From a virus (lineage: Duplodnaviria > Caudoviricetes), in the IMG/VR virus record IMGVR_UViG_3300009079_000101, positions 1 through 27,018 of that record: 27,018 bases of DNA; one strand, given 5' to 3'. Shown piece by piece: positions 26,891 to 27,018 of this stretch; position 1 is the first letter of the stretch; each line of letters begins with the position of its first letter. The position numbers and the translations under genes were made by a program. The notes beneath the pieces are model-generated. The model was not told the DNA's origin. It did not search any database and saw only the letters and a list, made by a program, of their open reading frames with translations.

Positions 26891-27018
26891 TGGTTACGAA
26901 TTGAATGTAGTCCTTGATAAATTTCATTAATGGGTGCGATTCGCCAAGTTTAAGGTATTCTTCTTGGTCCCTATCGCGTAATTTTTGGCAGTGCTGATAT
27001 ACCTCCGAACATTCTGCG
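26874..27018 (-). CDS. 3' end of a hypothetical protein truncated by the window edge
   Basis: Open frame ...AECSEVYQHCQKLRDRDQEEY...VTNENNQ* overlapping the primase start. Confidence 0.5.
   Translation of the reverse strand, partial: AECSEVYQHCQKLRDRDQEEYLKLGESHPLMKFIKDYIQFVTNENNQ

Noticed and set aside
1-27018. CRISPR array, DGR, integrase/att site, intron or intein, stop-codon reassignment
   Set aside because: No repeat-spacer array, reverse transcriptase or recombinase seen; core genes are uninterrupted in the standard code.

Overview
A 27 kb fragment of a tailed dsDNA phage, probably a siphovirus with a Bacteroidota (Flavobacteria-like) host. The host call is inferred from TAnnTTTG promoter boxes at the operon starts and from A-rich start regions without Shine-Dalgarno sequences. 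Almost all genes are on the minus strand, in this order: primase-polymerase/helicase, DNA methyltransferase, M15 endolysin, VRR-NUC nuclease, terminase small and large subunits, tail assembly chaperone, tape measure, two tail proteins, a GT-A glycosyltransferase, portal, minor head protein, scaffold, major capsid, neck genes, tail tube, two holin-like proteins and a truncated tail fibre that the ORF track missed. An inverted plus-strand cassette (thyX, NTP-pyrophosphatase-like, SSB-like, Zn-finger/RHH regulator) interrupts the head module. The most notable observations are: (1) a ~70 nt plus-strand small RNA candidate at 20644-20714 with its own promoter and terminator, whose unpaired linker is complementary to the start regions of the phage's replication/methylation genes; (2) a clean -1 programmed frameshift at a U9 run in the tail chaperone; (3) a glycosyltransferase inside the virion operon; (4) a DnaJ-type zinc finger in the portal, among many Cys-rich structural proteins; (5) a permuted head/tail gene order. 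Functional calls come from motif recognition and synteny only; no searches were run.
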